From: Malacoraja senta | Taxonomy: Eukaryota | Length of the DNA: 64,000 nt | Direction of reading: 5' to 3' | Assembly (NCBI GenBank): GCA_038087875.1 | Contig: CM075991.1 | Coordinates: 5,456,001-5,520,000 of the forward strand | In this document: positions 11,096 to 23,510 of the stretch, in pieces | How the letters are laid out: each line of letters opens with the position of its first letter | Numbering within the stretch: the stretch's first letter is position 1 | Program-made: the position numbers and the translations under genes | The notes under the pieces: generated by a model | Seen by the model: only the letters and a program-made list of their open reading frames with translations | Told to the model about the DNA's origin: nothing | Databases searched by the model: none

Positions 11096-12291
11096 AAGTC
11101 AAGTCAAGTGAGTTTATTGTCATGTGTCCCTGGTAGGACAATGAAATTCTTGCTTTGCTTGAGCACAACAGAACATAGTAGGCATTTACTACAAGGCATT
11201 CTATAAATATATACACAATGGTCAATATACTGATAAAGTGCAAATAACAGTATTGGCTAGTAAAGTTCAGTGTTATGTCCGAGCCAGGTTTAATAGCCTG
11301 ATGGCTGTGGGGAAGTAGCTGTTCCTGAACCTGGTCGTTGCAGTCTTCAGGCTCCTGTACCTTCTACCTGATTGAATTGAAAATTGAAAATTGAAAATTG
11401 AAATACCTGAAGGTAGTAGGGAGATGAGTGTGTGGCCAGGATGGTGTGGGTCCTTGATGATGCTGCCAGCCTTTTTGAGGCAGCGACTGTGGTAGATCCC
11501 CTCGATGGAAGGGAGGTCAGAGCCGATGATGGACTGGGCAGTGTTTACTACTTTTTGTAGTCTTTTCCTCTCCAGGGCACTCAAGTTGCCGAACCAAGCC
11601 ACGATGCAACCGGTCAGCATGCTCTCTACTGTGCACCTGTAGAAGTTAGAGAGAGTCCTCCTTGACAAACCGACTCTCCGTAATCTTCTCAGGAAGTAGA
11701 AGCGCTGATGGGCTTTCTTAATAATGGCATCATTGTTCTCGGACCAGGAAAGATCTTCAGAGATGTGCACGCCCAGGAATTTGAAGCTCTTCACCCTTTC
11801 AACCATCGACCCGTTGATATAAACGGGACTGTGTGTCCTCATCCTACTCCTTCCAAAGTCCACAATCAGTTCCTTGGTTTTGCTGGTGTTGAGGGCCAGG
11901 TTGTTGTGCTGGCACCATATGAACAGTTGCTCGATCTCTCTTCTATACTCTGACTCATCCCCATCAGTGATACGTCCCACAACAGTGGTGTCATCAGCGA
12001 ACTTGATGATGGAGTTCGCACTATGTCCGGCTACGCAGTCATGAGTATAGAGTGAGTACAGCAGGGGACTGAGCACGCAGGCTTGAGGTGCTCCCGTGCT
12101 GATTGTTATCGAGTCTGACACATTTCCACCAATACGAACAGACTGTGGTCTGAGAGTGAGGAAGTCGAGGATCCAATTGCAGAGGGATGCGCAGAGACCC
12201 AGTTCTGCGAGTTTGGTAACCAGCTTGGAGGGGATGATTGTGTTAAATGCCGAGCTGTAATCGATGAATAACAGCCTGACATATGAGTTTC
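11096..12291 (-). mobile_element. 5'-truncated young Rex1/Babar LINE with open RT frame
   Basis: The frame stays open from about 12289 to the stop at 11273 ([34 protein letters not shown]); (CTTGA)n tail; 7-bp TSD aaagttc at 11089-11095 and 12292-12298. Confidence 0.92.
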
Positions 12292-12859
12292 AAAGTTCCT
12301 CTGAAGAACACCTTTGACCATAGAGTCATCAGGCAATGGTCCACATGGAACGTCTTACAGACACTGTGGGAAGAAGTACACGACCGACCCTGTCGGATGG
12401 TTCCTGAGCGGAAGGTCCCCTTGTATGGCCATCCCAACATTTGTTTCCCTGACGGGTGTCAAAGAGAGGTAGCCTGTCAGAGCAAGGTGTTCATTCCAGT
12501 TTCTATGAGGAAGTGGGATGGAAGGTTACTACAATGGAAAAGCTTTACTCACTCTCACTGGAACAGTACAGTTTCTATAGATACTGGGGGAAAATACACA
12601 ACATAATTAAAAATCATTAGCATAAAGGAAACATTTTGTTTTCAAATTAAGGGTTTATAAGGAATGACAAGATCTGCTGTGCAGTAACATCTGTTCGCGC
12701 AGATGTTCTTATTTAATGGAATCAGAACAGATCTGGATATATCAACATAAGAGTTGCAGCAAAGTTGTTAATCTGGGTCTATCATTTCCTTTAAATAACG
12801 CACTTCATCACAACCACAAGACACGTACAATACCTGCATTCTTTCTGCCAAGCTTGTTT

Positions 12860-13012
12860 TCGTTTAGTTTAGAGATGCAGAGTGGAGACAGGCCCTTTGG
12901 TCCACCGAGTCCATGCCGACTAGCAATCACCCAGACAGCACCCGTAGTTAGGATCAAACCCAGGTTTCTGGCCCTGTGAGGTAGCAACGCTACCGCTGCG
13001 CCACTGTGCCAC
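12860..13012 (-). mobile_element. Internally deleted HE1-like SINE
   Basis: Head joined directly to tail at about 12930. Confidence 0.75.
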
Positions 13013-13025
13013 TCATTATATTCCA

Positions 13026-13430
13026 GTCTAAACACATCCTGTACTCTCAATTGAAGGAAGGTTGGCGAGCCCCCGGTGGGCCAAAGAAACGCTTCAAGGA
13101 CAACATCAAGAATTGTCTGAAGAAATTCCACATCACATCGAGCAACAGGGAGCACATTGCAATGGACAGGCGCTCCTGGAGGAAATCCGTGCAGGAAGGA
13201 GCTGCACGTCACAAAATGGAACTACGCCGTGTCGCAGAGACAAAGCGACTGCACCGTAAGGAGAAAGAGAAGGGGGCTCGATGACTACCAACCACCGCCC
13301 GTCTCCACTGGCCACGTTGCACCAAGGTGTGTGGATCGCAGATCAGCCTCTACAGACATCTGAAGACCCACAAGTAGACGACTCTTTGGAGAGCACAGTT
13401 TCGAGTAACCATCGATGATTCCAGTTGTAG
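13026..13430 (+). mobile_element. RTE-clade LINE 3' fragment
   Basis: KHILYSQLKEGWRAPGGPKKRFKDNIK...DRRSWR, followed by a C2H2-like remnant ending HLKTHK-stop. Confidence 0.85.
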
Positions 13431-13940
13431 TTAATAACCAGAACTCTTTACAGAAAACCAGGCGAACAGAACTGAGCACTGAATGAAAAGGAGTGGCTCA
13501 TGCTGGTAACATAACTCCCAACTGAATGAAACTATTTAGTCAGTAAATGTGTACATTGGGATCTTATCTCTTTCTGTAGTTGGGATTACTAGTGAACAGG
13601 ACTATGGCCAGTGTATGCAACTGCAACACTTGGCCAGAGATCTCCATTTTATTCAACCATATGGACGTGGATTTGCTTCCAATTTTCCTTGTGAAATGTA
13701 AGCTTACATTTTTAGCATGAATCTTGCTACTTGCAGAATTGGCTAGCGCAAGTGTAGATGCATACGCTGGAAGAGTGGGGAGCTGGCAGACTATATGTGG
13801 GCTACACAGATCCAGCTAAGATTGTATGGCAGCAGGAAGAGCTCACACCATCACTCCCAGGGATCTTCAAAGACTATCCACTTGTTGGGGTTTGACTGGT
13901 AGAGTCAGCTGGAGGAAACGATCTACCTGCAGCACCACAG

Positions 13941-14250
13941 GGCAGCAGGGTGGCACAGCGGGTGGAGCCGCTGCCTCACCACGTCAGAGACCCGAGTTCG
14001 ATCCTGACCTCGGGTGCTGTCTGTGCGGAGTTTGCACGTTCTCCCTGTGACTGCATGGGTTTCCTCCGGGTACTCCGGTTTCCCACCACATCCCAAAGAC
14101 ACGTGGGTTTGAAGGTTAATTGGCCTCTGTAAATTGCCCCTAGTGTGTAGGGCGTGGGATAACATGGAACTAGTTCAAACGTGTGATCTATGGTCAGCGT
14201 GGACTCGTTGGACCGAAGGGCCAGTGTCCATGCTGTATCTCTTCACTAAA
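13941..14250 (+). mobile_element. HE1-like SINE
   Basis: ggtggcacagcgggtggagc...gagttcgatcc (A/B boxes) and tail. Confidence 0.82.
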
Positions 14251-14476
14251 CCACTGTCAGGTAACTATAAACGCACTAAATCCCTCTGATCTACAACACT
14301 CTCCAAGTACCCTACCATTCACTGTGAAGGTCCTGCCCTGGTTAGACTTCCCCAAATACTGCTCCTCTCACTTATCTGAATTAAACTCCATTTATCATTC
14401 CGTGTCCACTTGCCCAAGATCCTATAATAATTCTTGTTACCCATCTTCAATGTCTAGAATCCCACCTATTTTAGTG

Positions 14477-14662
14477 CAGGAAGGAACTGCAGGTGCTGTG
14501 TTCCACCAAGTATAGACACAAAATGCTGGAGTCAAGACATTTTGGGTCAAGACTCTTCTTCAGGCTGAGAGTCTGATGAAGGGTCTCGACCCGAAACACT
14601 ACCTATTCCTTTTCTCCAGAGATGCTCCCTGACCCGCTGAGTTACTCCAGCATTTTGTGTCT
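14477..14662. mobile_element. Inverted Penelope terminal-repeat pair with CTGATGA hammerhead-like core
   Basis: Arms agacacaaaatgctggagt and actccagcattttgtgtct; TSD acctat(t/g)ttagtg. Confidence 0.75.
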
Positions 14663-14709
14663 ACCTATGTTAGTGTCATGTGCAAACTTACTAACCAGGT
14701 CTTATACAT

Positions 14710-15066
14710 AGATACATAGATACATAGAAAATAGGTGCAGGAGTAGGCCATTCGGCCCTTCGAGCCTGCACCGCCATTCAATATGATCATGGCTGATCAT
14801 CCAACTCAGTATCCCGTACCTGCCTTCTCTCCATACCCCCTGATCCCTTTAGCCACAAGGGCCACATCTAACTCCCTCTTAAATATAGCCAATGAACTGG
14901 CCTCAACTACCCTCTGTGGCAGAGAGTTCCAGAGATTCACCACTCTCTGCATGAAAAAGTTTTTTCTCATCTCGGTCTTAAAGGATTTCCCCCTTATCCT
15001 TAAGCTGTGACCCCTTGTCCTGGACTTCCCCAACATCGGGAACAGTCTTCCTGCATCTAGCCTGTC
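14710..15066 (-). mobile_element. Young CR1 3' end with 27-bp flanking duplication
   Basis: Near-identical to 17180-17540; (ctatgtat)n tail; duplication at 14683-14709 and 15067-15093. Confidence 0.92.
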
Positions 15067-15414
15067 CAAACTTACGAACCAGGTCTTATACATTCTCATC
15101 CAAATTGTTGTATTGATAAAGATGACAAATAGAAGTGGGTCCAACACCGATCCCTGAGGCACACCACTACTCACAGGCCCACAGTCTGAAAAGCAACCTT
15201 CCAGCACCACCCTCTGCTTCCTGCCATACTTGAGAGGCTTGGCACAATCTGAGACAGAGCGTGAGTAGCAGCCTGGCCAGTGTGCAGCAAAGTGCATGTT
15301 GGAAATTTGCTGAGGCTTTCTGGATAGCAACCCCCAACTCCTGCCACCTGCAGGAGAAAAGCAGCAATTGCATGGCCCACCACCAGCCCTTAACTTGCCC
15401 TCCAGTTACACAAA

Positions 15415-15855
15415 AAATAGACACAAAATAGACAATAGACAATAGGTGCAGGTGGAGGCCATTCGGCCCTTCGAGCCAGCACCGCCATTCACTGTGACCA
15501 TGGCTGATCATCCACAATCAGTACCCCGTTCCTGCCTTCTCCCCATATCCGCTGACTCCGCTATCTTTAAGAAGTCTATCTAACTCTCTCTTGAAAGCAT
15601 CCAGAAGAATTGGCCTCCACTGCCTTCTGAGGCAGAGAATTCCACAGATTCACAACCCTGCTGGAGTAACTCCGCAGGATAGGCAGCATCTCTGGATAGG
15701 AATGGGTGACGTTTCGGGTCGAGAAGTCGGAAGAAGGGTCTCGACCCAAAATGTCACCCATTCCTTCTATCCAGAGATGCTGCCTGTCCCGCTGAGTTAC
15801 TCCAGCATTTTGTGTCTATCTTCACTATAAACCAGCATCTGTAGCTCCTTCCTAC
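15415..15855. mobile_element. CR1 3' end (minus strand) fused to an inverted Penelope terminal-repeat pair
   Basis: CR1 tail (tagacaa)n at 15418-15443; inverted arms at 15661-15720 and 15730-15810. Confidence 0.75.
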
Positions 15856-15877
15856 GCATTCCCAATTATAATCTCAA

Positions 15878-16578
15878 GTTTAGAGATACAGCACGGAAAC
15901 AGGCACTTTGGCCCCTCTAGTCCGCGCCGACCAGCAATCCCTGCACACTAACACTGTCCTGCACACACTAGGGTCAATTTTACATTTATACCAAGCCAAT
16001 TAACCTATAAACCTGTACTTCTTTGGTGTGTGGGAAGAAACCGAAGATCCCGGAGAAAACCCACGCGGGTCACGTGGGGAACGTACAGACAAGCCCCCTA
16101 GTCAGGATTGAACTTGGTCTCTGGCGCTGTAAAGGGCCTGTCCCATTTTCACGAGATAATTCACAAATTCTCCCGAGTTTTCCCCTTGATTCAAACTCGC
16201 GGAATGTTCGTGACGAGTCCGTAGGAGGTCGTAGGAGTCCGTAGATACATCGTAGCAGCTCGTTATGCCAGCCGTAGGTACTCGTGGCATCAGGCAAGCC
16301 GGGACGTTTTTTCCAGCCCGATAGAAAATGTCCACGAGTAAAAAAATGGTCGGGATGCAAGAAATTGCAACTTTTTACTCGTAAGGAGGGCATCGAAATA
16401 GTCGTGGGAATTCGTAGACATACTCGTAGGAGTTCGTGGACATAGTCGTGGAAGGTCGTAGGAGTTCGTAGATTACCACGATCTTGATTTTTTTTTTAGG
16501 TCCTTTAAACTCGGCAGAGGTTTTGAATTAAGTCGTGAAAGTGGGACAGGCCCTTAAGGCAGTAACTCTGCCGCCCCA
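15878..16578 (-). mobile_element. HE1-like SINE interrupted by a MITE
   Basis: ctggcgctgtaa|ggcagtaactct is restored when the MITE is removed. Confidence 0.82.
16133..16554. mobile_element. PIF/Harbinger-type MITE (422 bp)
   Basis: TIRs agggcctgtcccattttcacga and tcgtgaaagtgggacaggccct; TAA TSD at 16130-16132 and 16555-16557. Confidence 0.9.
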
Positions 16579-16837
16579 TTGATCATCCACTGCACCAATT
16601 CTATGATCTTCTGCTTTCTCATCCTCTCCCCACACACTAGGGGCAATCCTAGCATTACAGGGCAGAGCTGCATTCCTAGTAACGGTCCAAATTGTGATTT
16701 TTTTGTAACATGAAGATGTGTCATCCTCACATGCACCAAGAAATGCCAGTTGAAGAAAAAATGGTGTTACTTTATTTACTTTCCTTTGCATAAAATTTGC
16801 ATTAGAACAAATTGTATTCTGTATCTTGGACAGCACT

Positions 16838-17635
16838 GGGGTGGAGTTGCTGCCTTTACAGCGTCAGAGACCCGGGTTCGATCCTGACTACAGGTGCTAT
16901 CTGTACGGTATTTGAACGTTCTCCCTGTGACCGCGTGGGTTTTCTCCGGGTGCTCCAGTTACCTCCCATACTCCAAAGACGTACAGGTTTGTCGGCTAAT
17001 TGGCCTCTGTAAATTGTCCCTAGAGTGTAGGATAGAACTAGAGAAGGTTCACCAGACTGATTCCTGGGATGGCTGGACTTTCATATGAAGAAAGACTGGA
17101 TAGACTTGGCTTGTACTCGCTAGAATTTAGAAGATTGAGGGGGGATCTTATAGAAACTTACAAGATTCTTAAGTGGTTGGACAGGCTAGATGCAGGAAGA
17201 TTGTTCCCGATGTTGGGGAAGTCCAGAACAAGGGGTCACAGTTTAAGGATAAGGGGGAAGTCTTTTAGGACCGAGATGAGAAAATCATTTTTCACACAGA
17301 GAGTGGTGAATCTGTGGAATTCTCTGCCACAGAAGGTAGTTGAGGCCAGTTCATTGGCTATATTTAAGAGGGAGTTAGATGTGGCCCTTGTGGCTAAAGG
17401 GATCAGGGGGTATGGAGAGAAGGCAGGTACAGGATACTGAGTTGGATGATCAGCCATGATGATATTGAATGGCGGTGCAGGCTCGAAGGGCCGAATGGCC
17501 TACTCCTGCACCTATTTTCTATGTTTCTATGTATCTATGTTTATAGTGTACGGGTCGATCGATGGTCGGCACAGACTCGGTGGGCCAATGTGCCTGTTTC
17601 CATGCTGTATGTCTAAACTAAACTAAGAAACTAAA
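16838..17635 (+). mobile_element. HE1-like SINE split by a young CR1 3' end (17041-17543)
   Basis: The SINE continues as gatagaacta|...|tagtgtacggg; the CR1 C-terminal ORF at 17069-17440 is intact. Confidence 0.88.
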
Positions 17636-18585
17636 GAAACTGACTTTAATCTGGTTCAGGAACCTGGGGCAAATTGCCTGGACCAAAGGGATCAGGTTGC
17701 AGGCAGGCAGGGCGGCGTTAACTGGAGTCTCACCTGGGGAATGGCAAACGATAGGAAGAGCAGACAGGCAGAACCGACAAGAAAACAGAAACCGAGGGGT
17801 GTATTAAAAGCAGGAAGTAAAGACGTCGCTGCAGGAAGCAATTAGCAAGGCCAGGGCGATGTTGACCTTTATTGCAAAAGGAGTTAGAATACTAAAGCAA
17901 GGAAGTCCTGTTGCAGTTGTTCAGGCCTTTAGCGACACCTCATTTGGAAAACAGCGTGTGGTTTTGGCGTCTGGTACCTGAAAGAGGATGTCCTTGTTCG
18001 GGGAACGCAAACGCTGTGAGAGTCTCTACCTCCACCACCCCCTCAGGCAATGTGATCCAGATCCCAACCCCTCTCAGGGTGAAAAAAACACTTCCTCAGA
18101 TCCCCTTTAAATCCCTTCTTACTCATCTTAACCCTTTGCCATCTGGTCTCCAACACTTCAAATTTCACTGTGTCAATTCTAGCGAACAAACATATGAACC
18201 TGATGCAGGAGGAAGCCCCAAAAGGCTGCTCCACCATTTAATAAGATCATTTAATACGATCTGACGAACACATCATCTCTGATGTCACCTAATTCCAATT
18301 CCAATTCCTTTGCACCTTTTCATTAACACTGTAAATAAAGAAATGCATCTTTGAGTCATACAGCATTGAAACAGACCATCGGCCCGACTCATCTAAACCA
18401 AACAAGATGCCCCATCTAATTAGCTTTAGTTTAGTTTACATAAAGTGCAAGTGAAATGAATTTGCCAGCAGCGGTACAATGAAAAACACACAAAAACACA
18501 ATAAAAATTTAACACAAACATCCACCACAGCATTCATCACTGTGGTGGAAGGCACCAAATTTGGCCAGTCCTCCTCCATTTTCCA

Positions 18586-18765
18586 TTAACCTACAAACCT
18601 GTACGTCTTTGGAGTGCGGGAGGAAACCAGAGCTCTTGGAGAAAACCCACGCAGGTCACGGTGAAAAAGTACAAACTCCATACAGACAGCACCCGTAGTC
18701 AGTATCAAACCCGGGTCTGTGGCGCTGTAAGGCAGCAACTCTACCGTTGCGCTACCATGGCACCC
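18586..18765 (-). mobile_element. HE1-like SINE 5' half, next to a 3' piece of the non-autonomous element (18430-18585)
   Basis: Matches other copies in the window. Confidence 0.72.
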
Positions 18766-19670
18766 TAATCTAGTACCAGTTGCCTGTGTTTGGCCATATC
18801 CCCTTGGTCCTTGAATCAGGTCCTTGAAACTTGGCAGCATCATCGTAAATTTTCTCTACACTCTTTCCAGCTTAATAACATTTGTCCTACAGCAGGGTGG
18901 CCATAACTGAACATAATACTCCAAATGTGGCTTGAGCAATGTCTTGTTGAACTGTACTAGAGGGTTCCAGCCCGAAATGTCACTTTTCCATGTTCTCCAA
19001 AGTTGCTGCCAAACCTACTGAGTTACTCTGGAACTTTGTGTCTTTTTTAACCCAATTTCTACAATCAATTCCCTGACTGAGTAAGGCCAGTGTGCCAAGA
19101 TCCTTCTTCAGACTCCTCAACCTTGCACAGACTCTTCTAGGAGCAGAATTCGTCCATTTGGCCCATAAAGTCTACTCCACCATTCAATCATGGCTGATCT
19201 ATCTTTCCCTCTCAACCCCATTCTTCTACCTTCTCCCCATAACACCAGACACCCGTATTAATCAAGAATCTGTCTGTCTTGACTCGTCCTTGGAACAGAC
19301 AGCTGGGTGCGGCCTTCCACAAGGATCTGGATCCAATAGACTGGGGAGACTCTGGGCATGGGGGGCATCTCCGAGCCTGCATGGTGTGTGCTGTCCTCAA
19401 CGATTAGTAAAGCTTAGCATCCAGGCCCATCGCTACCTCACCTGCTGTTGAGACTGAATGGTTAGAATTGCCTTTGACACTGACAAGTTTCCAAAAACAT
19501 TAGAACATCAAACAGTACAGCAAAGGAACAGGCCCTTCAGCCTACAATCCCTGTGCTGAACATGATGCCAAGTTAAATTAACCATATCTGCATGCACATC
19601 CCTCCATTCCCTGCATATCCATGTACCTATCTAAAAGTCTTTAAAATGCCACTATCGTATCCGCCTCCAT

Positions 19671-20074
19671 CACCCTTTAGACATTTTTAAGGCGACTACA
19701 GGCGACTAGGCTGTCGCCACATGGTCACCGGGGTGTCGCCTGTATGGTCGTGAGTCGTCTCCTCAGTCACCCAAAGAGTCGTAGCGCTTTTCTGGTCACC
19801 GCTGGATTTTCAACATGTTGAAAATTTTCGGAGACAGTCGGCGACAGTGGGTTTGACGCCAATGAGCGTAGCTTGACTTCTCCTGATGTAGGTGCTGTCG
19901 TAGTTGTTGCCGGATTAAGGTAGGTTGTCGCCGGTGCTGACTTTGTTTTTTTGTTGGTGTTATAAGTAATAATTCAATTTCAAATTTTATGTCTAAGGGG
20001 GGTCCAGTCGCCGTTTTTTCGACTATGCCAGTTGCCGACAGTCGCCTAAAAATAGCCTAAGTGGGACAGGCCCA
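19671..20074. mobile_element. Harbinger-type MITE with an eroded left TIR
   Basis: Right end gtcgcctaaaaatagcctaagtgggacaggccc mirrors left-end tttttaaggcgac; internal gcgac/gtcgc sub-repeats. Confidence 0.75.
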
Positions 20075-20075
20075 T

Positions 20076-20380
20076 TAGACTTTAAACTTTAGAGATGATG
20101 CAGGAAACAGGACCTTCGGCCCACCGAGTCTGTGCCACTCTATACACAAACTTACATACACTAGGGAGAATTTGTACAATCTTTACAATTTTTTTTTACA
20201 ACTTACCGAAGCCAATTAACCTACAAATCCGAACGTCTTTGGAGTGTGGGAGGAAACGGTGCACCTGAAGAAAACCCACGTTGTCACAGGGAGAATGTAC
20301 AAACAGCACCCGTGGTCTGGATCGAACCCGGGTCTCTGGCGCTGTACGGGAGCAACTCTACTGCTGCGCCACTGTGCCGC
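20076..20380 (-). mobile_element. HE1-like SINE
   Basis: Matches other copies in the window. Confidence 0.82.
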
Positions 20381-20914
20381 TCGAAAATTCCTAATTTCTT
20401 TTTGATTGCTTGAATTTAAATTCTCCAGCCACCATGGTGGGATTTGAACTCATGCTCTGAACCTGGACTCTGGTTGCCAGTCCAGTAACTTAACCACTAC
20501 ACTACCACATGCACCATTCGCTGTGGCACTATCAGAACAGTGAGAATATTACAATAGATTTTAAGCATTATTTAAAAAAAAAATTATATAACACAATTTA
20601 TTCTATTACACAAACACTGTTAATGAAAGCAAATTTTAAAAAAGGAAGTTAACTTGTATGTTCCATTCTCCGCACACACACACACACTTCCCCTCTTGAG
20701 ATGAATGGGCCGGTTTCGTCACACGAGCTATGGCAGCTTCTGAGCCTGGAAATGAGGTGCAGTGCATGCGAGCTGGGGCATTGAGCAATCGACAGAAGGC
20801 TGCATTGCCAGCAGCATCCACAGGCCTCAACATTTGCCCGTGAAGTTGGGAAATACTGGCAGTTCACGCAGAACTGTCGTGCGTTGAGCAGAAGATTCCA
20901 TGTTTTGTTCCCAC

Positions 20915-21262
20915 GCCCCTCTCCCCGGCTCCCTCCGCCTCCCCTCTTCCTCCTCCCTCCTCCCTCCTCCTCCTCCTCCCTCCTCCCTCCTCCCTCCTCC
21001 CTCCTCCCTCCTCCCTCCTCCCTCCTCCCTCCTCCCTCCTCCCTCCTCCCTCCTCCCTCCTCCCTCCTCCCTCCTCCCTCCTCCCTCCTCCCTCTCCCTC
21101 CTCCCTCCTCCTCCTCCCTCTCCCTCTCCCCTCTCCCCTCTCCCCTCTCCCCTCTCCCCTTTTCCCCTCTTCCCCTCTTCCCCTCTTCCCCTCTTCCCCT
21201 CTCCCCCTCTCCCCCTCTTCCCCTCTTCCCCTCTTCCCCTCTCCCCCTCCTCCTGTGTGTGT

Positions 21263-21303
<41 letters not shown>

Positions 21304-21368
21304 TGTGTGTGTGTGTGTGTGCGTGTGTGTGTGTGTGTGTGGGTGCGTGTGTGTGTGTGGGTGTGTGT

Positions 21369-21455
<87 letters not shown>

Positions 21456-21456
21456 C

Positions 21457-21500
<44 letters not shown>

Positions 21501-21579
21501 GTGTATGTGTGTGTGTGTGTATGTGTGTGTGTGTGTGTCTGTGTGTGTGTGTGTCTGTGTGTGTGTCTATGTGTGGTGT

Positions 21580-21616
<37 letters not shown>

Positions 21617-22230
21617 TGTGTGTGTGTGTATGTGTGTGTGTCTGTATGTGTGTCTGTGTGTGTGTATATGTGTGTGTGTGTATATGTGTGTGTCTGTGTG
21701 TGTGTGTGTGTGTGTCTGTCTGTGTGACTGTGTGTGTGTCTAAGTGTGGTGTGAATGTGTGTATGCTTGTGTGTCTGTGTGTGTGCGTGTGCGGTTTTGT
21801 GTGTGTTTGGTTGTCTGTGTGTGTGGTTGTGTGTGTGGTTATGTGTGTGTCTGTGTCGCTGTGCATCTATATGTGTGTCTGTGTATGTATGTCTATATCT
21901 GTGTATGTTTCCGTGTGTGTATATTTATGTGTCTGTACATCTGTTTGTCCGTGTGTATGTGTGTACATTTCTCTGTCTCTGCCTCTGTATATATCTCTGC
22001 TTATGTGTGCCTATGGTTATATCTGTTTGTCTATTTCTGTGCATCTATGCTTGTCTATGTGTGTGTTTGTGTGTATGCGCCTGTGTGCTTCCGTGTGCCT
22101 GTGTCTGTGCTTTTGTCTGTTGGTCTGTGTTTGCGTCTGTTGACCTTTGTTGTCTATGCATGTGCCTTGAGTCTGCCTCTGTGTGTGAATGTGTGTGTGT
22201 GCATTTGCTTGAGTCTGCCTCTGTGTGTGT
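20915..22230. repeat. Compound microsatellite: C/T-only tract (about 20939-21254) then about 1 kb of decaying (GT)n
   Basis: Read directly from the sequence. Confidence 0.97.
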
Positions 22231-22747
22231 CTATATTGCATCAAACATCTTTGTCTGGCCCAGCTTTCTTCTGGGCAATTGCTCCCAAATTGTGGAAGGC
22301 TGCCTGGGAGCTTCCTGCTGGGGCTAATGGCATGGATATGGGACAGGGGAATCACCAGTTCCCAAGTGTTCTTGATTCCAGAGGTGATGACCATTAAGCA
22401 TCATTATTAAGCAATTTAATAAGAGAAACTTAACGCCACATTAACAAGTGAGATTTTTGATACCTTTGGACAGCGCTGTGTGGGGCAGATAGTAGAGTTG
22501 CTGCCTCACAGCATCAGATGCTGTCTCTGTGGAGTTTGCACGTTCTCCCTGTGACCGCGTGGGTTTCCTCCAGGTGCTCCGGTTTCCTCCCCCATCCCAA
22601 AGACACATGGGTTGGTAGGTCAACTGTTCCTGCCGTGTAAGTGAGGGGTAGAGTCTGGGGAGGAGTTGAAGAGAAAGTGGGAAGAACAAAATTGGATTCA
22701 TGTCGGAATAGTTTCCATCCTGTATATTTCTATGATGCACCATCTCT

Positions 22748-23087
22748 TTTATTTTCAAAATTAAACTTTATTAATAATAAAAATATGTACTAAACAAGAA
22801 CCATGCAAAACTTTTCATACATTCTTCGTGCCTACGCATGCAATAGTGTCAGGCTCAATAAGGTTCAGACCTGTTGTTACACAAAACACCCTTGCCGCTC
22901 ATGTGGCCCCCCTGGGGTGATATCCCTTCCTTATTTTGGGGGGTGTCCTAGACCGTGGTCCTCCCCCACAGAGCCTTGGCGTTGGCTGCACCGAGCTTCA
23001 GTGCGTCCCTCAGCACGTACCCTTGCAGTCTGGAGCGGGCAGTCGGCAACATTCTCCGAGGGACATCTCGCTCTGCTGGAAGACCAA
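22748..23087 (-). mobile_element. Tx1-type (L1 clade) LINE 3' end, family A
   Basis: LVFQQSEMSLGECCRL / RLQGYVLRDALKLGAANAKALWGRTTV*, then AATAAA and an A-rich tail. Confidence 0.72.
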
Positions 23088-23510
23088 GAAGTTTTGCTGC
23101 ATTTTTAGCGCCATGCTCCTGATCTTTGGTCACCCAGTACGGAGGGGGGTGGTTTGGTGGGGGAGAATCTCCCTGTCGGTTTGCTCCTGGGCCTGGGCTA
23201 AGACGGCCATTCATGGGTCCAGATAGCGGGCAGTCCAGGGTTCTACCCAATTCGAATGCTTGTCCCTCTTCTGGGCTTACGTCTGTGCCCACGTGTCCCT
23301 AAAGAGGGAGCACGCATTGACCACGGGCACTTTAGAGGCCTTCCGTGAACACTGATGGCTGCCGGGGCTGGAAAGCACCATGGATACGGCTGACAATGTT
23401 GTAATATGATGGTCTATGTTTGCAAACCGCATGAACAGCAGTTTTAATTAATGCAGTTCTTTGTAAATTGTAAATTTGCAATAAAAGCTCCTCGTTAATG
23501 GGAAAAAAAA
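23088..23510 (+). mobile_element. Tx1-type LINE 3' end, family B
   Basis: FSAMLLIFGHPVRRG...GLLLGL/AKTAIHGSR; AATAAA at about 23480 and an A run ending at 23510. Confidence 0.72.

Larger units (their letters stand above)
14275..15225 (-). mobile_element. Old CR1 RT fragment hosting two younger insertions
   Basis: RKQRVVLEGCFSD..PVSSGVPQGSVLDPLLF; the sequence is continuous across both inserts. Confidence 0.8.

Noticed and set aside
11273..12121. 282-aa reverse transcriptase ORF as a functional or domesticated gene
   Set aside because: 5'-truncated LINE with TSD and tail, lacking the endonuclease and the RT N-terminus
20884..22397. Long ORFs (419, 275 and 217 aa)
   Set aside because: Translations of (CCT)n and (GT)n microsatellite, not genes
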